A stretch of DNA of 64,000 nucleotides, from the NCBI RefSeq assembly GCF_009914755.1, contig NC_060934.1; one strand, written 5' to 3'. A program made the translations under genes and the position numbers. The stretch's first letter is position 1, and each line of letters opens with the position of its first letter. The notes beneath the pieces are model-generated. The model was not told where the DNA came from. It saw nothing but the letters and a program-made list of their open reading frames with translations, and made no database searches. Shown here piece by piece: positions 59,805 through 64,000 of this stretch. The DNA is from the human T2T-CHM13v2.0 reference genome, Homo sapiens.

Positions 59805-60005
59805 CTTTTAAAATTGGTGCATAATAATTGTACACATTTAAGGAGTCCATGTATGATATTTTAATACACGCGTACAATATGTAATGATCAAATCAGGGTA
59901 ATTAGGATATCCCTCACCTCAAACATTTATTTGTGTTGGGAACATTTCAAATCTTCTCTTCTAGCTGTTTTGAAATATGTAATAAATTATCATTAACTCT
60001 AGCCT
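59805..60005 (-). mobile_element. L1MA-type 3' end fragment (a similar fragment lies near 47070-47240)
   Basis: aatgatcaaatcagggtaattaggatatccctcacctcaaacatttat. Confidence 0.7.
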
Positions 60006-62474
60006 CTGATTTAGGTATGAAACCAAGTGACTAGAGCACCAAGCAGGATGAGAAGGTAGCAGGAAACTATTTTTCCATTGTTAACTGTCACCCAACACCC
60101 TAAGCTTAGAAAAGAGATTGGAGAGTTTGAGAGAAGTTTTTGGAATTTGCACAAAGATATTTGGAGATGACTGCTGTTGTGTTGTGACTCTTAGTTCCCC
60201 CTAAGTGGGAGGAATTGGGAGGCGCCTGTCATTTTGCCTAAAGCAGGAGAAACCACTTAGACAGCTTGATGTGTATTCCCTGCCTTTGTGTTTGGGGAAC
60301 ACACTAAGCTGGTGGATCTAACTCACTCCTGAAATCTCTCACTGTGAACAATGGGTTGGCCTGCAGCTTTGTTGTTGGCAAGGAGAAGTGGTTGCTTTGT
60401 GTCACCTCAATTTCCAGATTTTGTTGGGTCAGGGAATGTGTGTTTCCGGGGATCAGAGTTTGGCCACGTGTAGAAATTAATGATTATCTTCCATCCTCTC
60501 CATGAGGGCTGCTTCAAATATCAAAGAGAACCCAGCAGGAGGCTGGGTGTCTGAAGATCGTAAAAAGAATCTCACAAGCTTCGATACCTGTCAGGCCTGA
60601 GAGCCCAATGAAGGTAGCTCAGTAAAAACTTTCCTTTACCATTTTCTTTGCTTTTATTTCTCCCTTCTGCTTCAATCAGGAGTCAGAAATTGTAGTTACC
60701 AAACTGGTGTTGAAAGAGGAAAACATAGTGCAGAAAAACAGAAAAGAAATTATCCTCCACCCTGACATACTTGAGAAAGGGAAATAACTGCAACTTTGAA
60801 TGATTTTATGTCTTTACTATTATTCCAAACAATCTAGTTTGGAATAACATCAATATGAAAAAAATATCAATTTTTTTAAATGAAGGATTTTTATTACCTG
60901 AACGTTACCAGAAAAGTTATGAGACTTTACCTGAATTTCATGTGGGGGGAAAAGGAAGAACCAGTATCCAGAATTGAATGAAATGTAATTGATAATTTAT
61001 ATTGTTTTAGGATTATTTTTCATAAATTCTGCTTGTTGGGTATAATAATTATACATTCATAATTTACTTAATAATTTTCTTGTATTTATACATTTAAGTT
61101 TGTGATATGCATTACAGCTAATGTCACCCTTGACAGATTTATACATATTTCTATCTTATATTATGGGTCATTAGAAATACAGTTCCAGAAAAGGAACACT
61201 CATATATAAATATTAACAGATTGCTGTTTGAAAGGGTTGAAATGCTTTCTATTTCTACTGTCTTTGCACAAATGTTTCTAATATCAAGAAGTTCAAAATT
61301 TTAAAAAGATTCAAAAACATTCTTGATTGTATAACATCTATGGAAGTGTTGATTGCAAAAAGAAAGAAAACCCTCTTTTCAAAAGTTTAATGAGTCTAAA
61401 ATAATTTGAATTTTAAGTATTAAAAAAACTAATATGTCAGTATCTCCATGGACTTAAGTGAAACTTCAAAAAGTCAACTATGAAATAATAGAAACTTTTT
61501 GAAATCTTAAAAAAGACTAACGCTCTTCATTAGGATGAAGAAAATAACTATTACTATGTCTAACAAAGCATGCCATGATTTATAAAATTAATTAAAAAAT
61601 AAATGTATATTTTGCAACTGACAAAGGAGCATCTAATGGAAGGACACTCTTGCATATTTTATTGCTAATCACACATGACATTTGAATTCATAGTAGTTTG
61701 AATTCAAGATTTGGTTAAGTTGGGAAAGTATGTGAGTGAAAGAAAATAGCTGAGAAATTAAAATACTTTGTCCTACTGTAAAAACAGCAACATTTTTTTC
61801 TTTAAATAAGATAATATATGTATCTAACACTACATTTTTTTAAATGCAGCATAAGTTCTCTAAAAGAAGATATCATAAAGATAATAATAATATACAGATA
61901 ATTTCTAAAAGGCAGTGTCTATAAATAGACAGTTTTAAGATTGTGGTGTTTTCTTTTTTCCTTTTACAAAATGCTAAGCATGGAGACAAGTTAGTATTAC
62001 ATATCCTAGACTGGATGAGCAAGTGTTCTGAGAGAACAAACTGCAGCAGCTAGACACAAAAAGTTCATTCCTTGGATCCCACATCTAGAAGTCTTAGGTG
62101 TGCAGTGATCTCTCTGGAAACTAAGCCTGGTTCCTGCTGTAGTTTATTTTCTGCTGATTCCTGAAACACCAATGTGGTTCTACTTCATAGCCTTGGGTGG
62201 CAAATTCTAGCTGCCTTTTTGGGATAGTCTCTATAACTGTGGACACTGATTCTGTGACAAGTTAAGGTTGAATTGATAACCTAGAGTAGAAAGAAGGTTA
62301 CATTCAGTGTCATCTACAAAACAGAAATGTTGCAATTTCCTTCTCTTTTAGAAAGGGACATTTCTCTAAAGAGCTATGTAACTGACCATTCCCATTTTGC
62401 ATCTTAGGACCTCCAATATTCCCACCACTGTGCAAATTCAGTGGTGAGTCTCAGCAGATTTCACAAGTTCCTAC

Positions 62475-62573
62475 CTGGACCAAGCTATATCCTGTGCGCT
62501 GGACCAGTGCGCGGAGGGCTGCTTCCTTCTGAGTGCCGCTCAATCCATCCCCGGATTTGTGATTTGATTCCAT
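62475..62573 (-). CDS. A1CF: A1CF first coding exon, CDS part (MESNHKSGDGLSGTQKEAALRALVQRTGYSLVQ); the exon extends to 62618 with 45 nt of 5' UTR
   Basis: ATG at 62573-62571; in-frame TGA TAA just upstream; acceptor tttcag| at 62618; donor CAG|gtagga; 99 nt, phase 0; translation matches the known A1CF N-terminus. Confidence 0.97.
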
Positions 62574-63839
62574 TGAGAGTGATTATCAGCAAAAAATCAG
62601 GTTAATTAGGGTTGCTCACTGAAACCAAATTTAAGATAAATTAAGTAAATTACTGTTGTCAAGTCCAAACTTCTCCTTTTCATGAAGGACATCTTTAGGA
62701 AATATTCTCTGTAAATGCGTCATTAAAGTTAGAGCAACTAAGAGTTACATACAAACAAGGCTGTGTAAATGTGCTCTTAAAAAAAAACTTTTAAAAATGC
62801 ACAATATTGGTTGAAATTTAGAAACAAAAAAAAATGAACAATACCCATTCTCCAATTATAATGCAGATTAGTAATTCTGAATCCACTTATCTCAGGATGT
62901 CACCAAATACTCAAAAACAGATCAGCTCACATCTATTAAAAGAATATGAAGAATGTTCCTTACAGACGTGAGAAGAGGACACTGTCGCTCATTCTAACCA
63001 CTAAGATAAGAAATCAGAATTCTCAGAGATTGAGTTTTAGTCTGTGTGTCAGCTAAGATAGTTATCTACTTATTCTCCAAAGATAAATTTTTAGAGCAAA
63101 ATATGCCAGTATCACATACACAGAAGTCATCATGCAAAGTACTCTATGTAATAAAAATGTGACATTAATTTTAACAAAACAAGAACAATGGATGCTTTTG
63201 ACTTGACGTGGGAAGGGTTTGCTAACACCCAGATCACATACCACAGACATGTTCAGTAGAGTACATGAAAACTTTTGTAAATTTTAAAAAATGATGAAAG
63301 TTTACATATGTTCACGTTTGTGTGTACAGATATAAATATATAATTTCAGCATTTCATTGTCTACATTTTCTATTTTGGGAACATGATTTGAATCACATTC
63401 CAAATATGATGGTTGCTCACATCCACAAGTTCCCAGAACAAGATAATGTCCATTTTGAAGGTTCTAGGCTGTAGGAGTGTGAGGCCCTGGAAGTTCCCAC
63501 ATACACAGAGGTGAAGGCTGCCACACTGGGTTCTAGTTATTAGTGGCTCAGGGAAGGTTCTTTGCTGGGTTTTCACCCTGCTTAATGTGCTCTGCCAACC
63601 AGGACAGAGGAATATGTTTTACAATGATCTGAATCAAATGCAACTAGAATGTATTTGAATATAGGTACTTTTGAAAATTTTCTGTCATATGCGTTGAGAA
63701 TTCCTGTACTGCTTCACATTGTCCTTTAAAGACTCAGAATGAAGACACCATTAATAATATAAGAAACTGGGTGAAAATTTGGGTGAAAGAAAAAAGTGAA
63801 GCTGAAGTGATCGTTTCTGAAAAATGCAGCTTTAAGGTA

Positions 63840-64000
63840 TTCTATTACTAAAATTACTATTACTTGAATAACAGAATAGTAATAGAATATTACTAACAAT
63901 AGCAATATTACTAAGACTACCTACTAATATTAGTATTAATAGTACTACTATTACTGATAGCACTAATATTAGTACCAATATTACTAACACTAGTATTACT
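63840..64000. repeat. AT-rich low-complexity repeat built from tattacta/tagtaata-type units, cut by the window end
   Basis: Repeated aatattacta motifs in both orientations. Confidence 0.8.

Overview
Primate (human-like) genomic DNA containing the whole coding region of A1CF (APOBEC1 complementation factor; three RRMs, RG-rich region, C-terminal dsRBD-like domain) on the minus strand. I traced 11 coding exons by hand from the ATG at 62573 to the TGA at 9358-9360. All have GT-AG boundaries and compatible phases, and they sum to 1785 nt (594 aa, ACF65) or 1761 nt (586 aa, ACF64) depending on two acceptors 24 nt apart. There is also an alternative N-terminal exon at 53299-53441. The first non-coding exon(s) and promoter are not in the window. 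A long AT-rich 3' UTR probably runs from 9357 down to about 2-2.7 kb. Introns and flank carry Alu, L1, L2/MIR, LTR and DNA-transposon relics. I found no tRNA, rRNA or CRISPR array and no evidence for a new multi-gene system. The best leads are a candidate poison exon with textbook splice signals (36437-36606), a tail-less internally primed L1 with a perfect TSD beside an exon, an old internal duplication in the 3' UTR, candidate antisense exons, an exact apoB mooring 11-mer on the antisense strand, and a possible ACF43-like intronic truncation. Repeat family names come from recalled consensus sequences, and repeat boundaries without a stated TSD are approximate.
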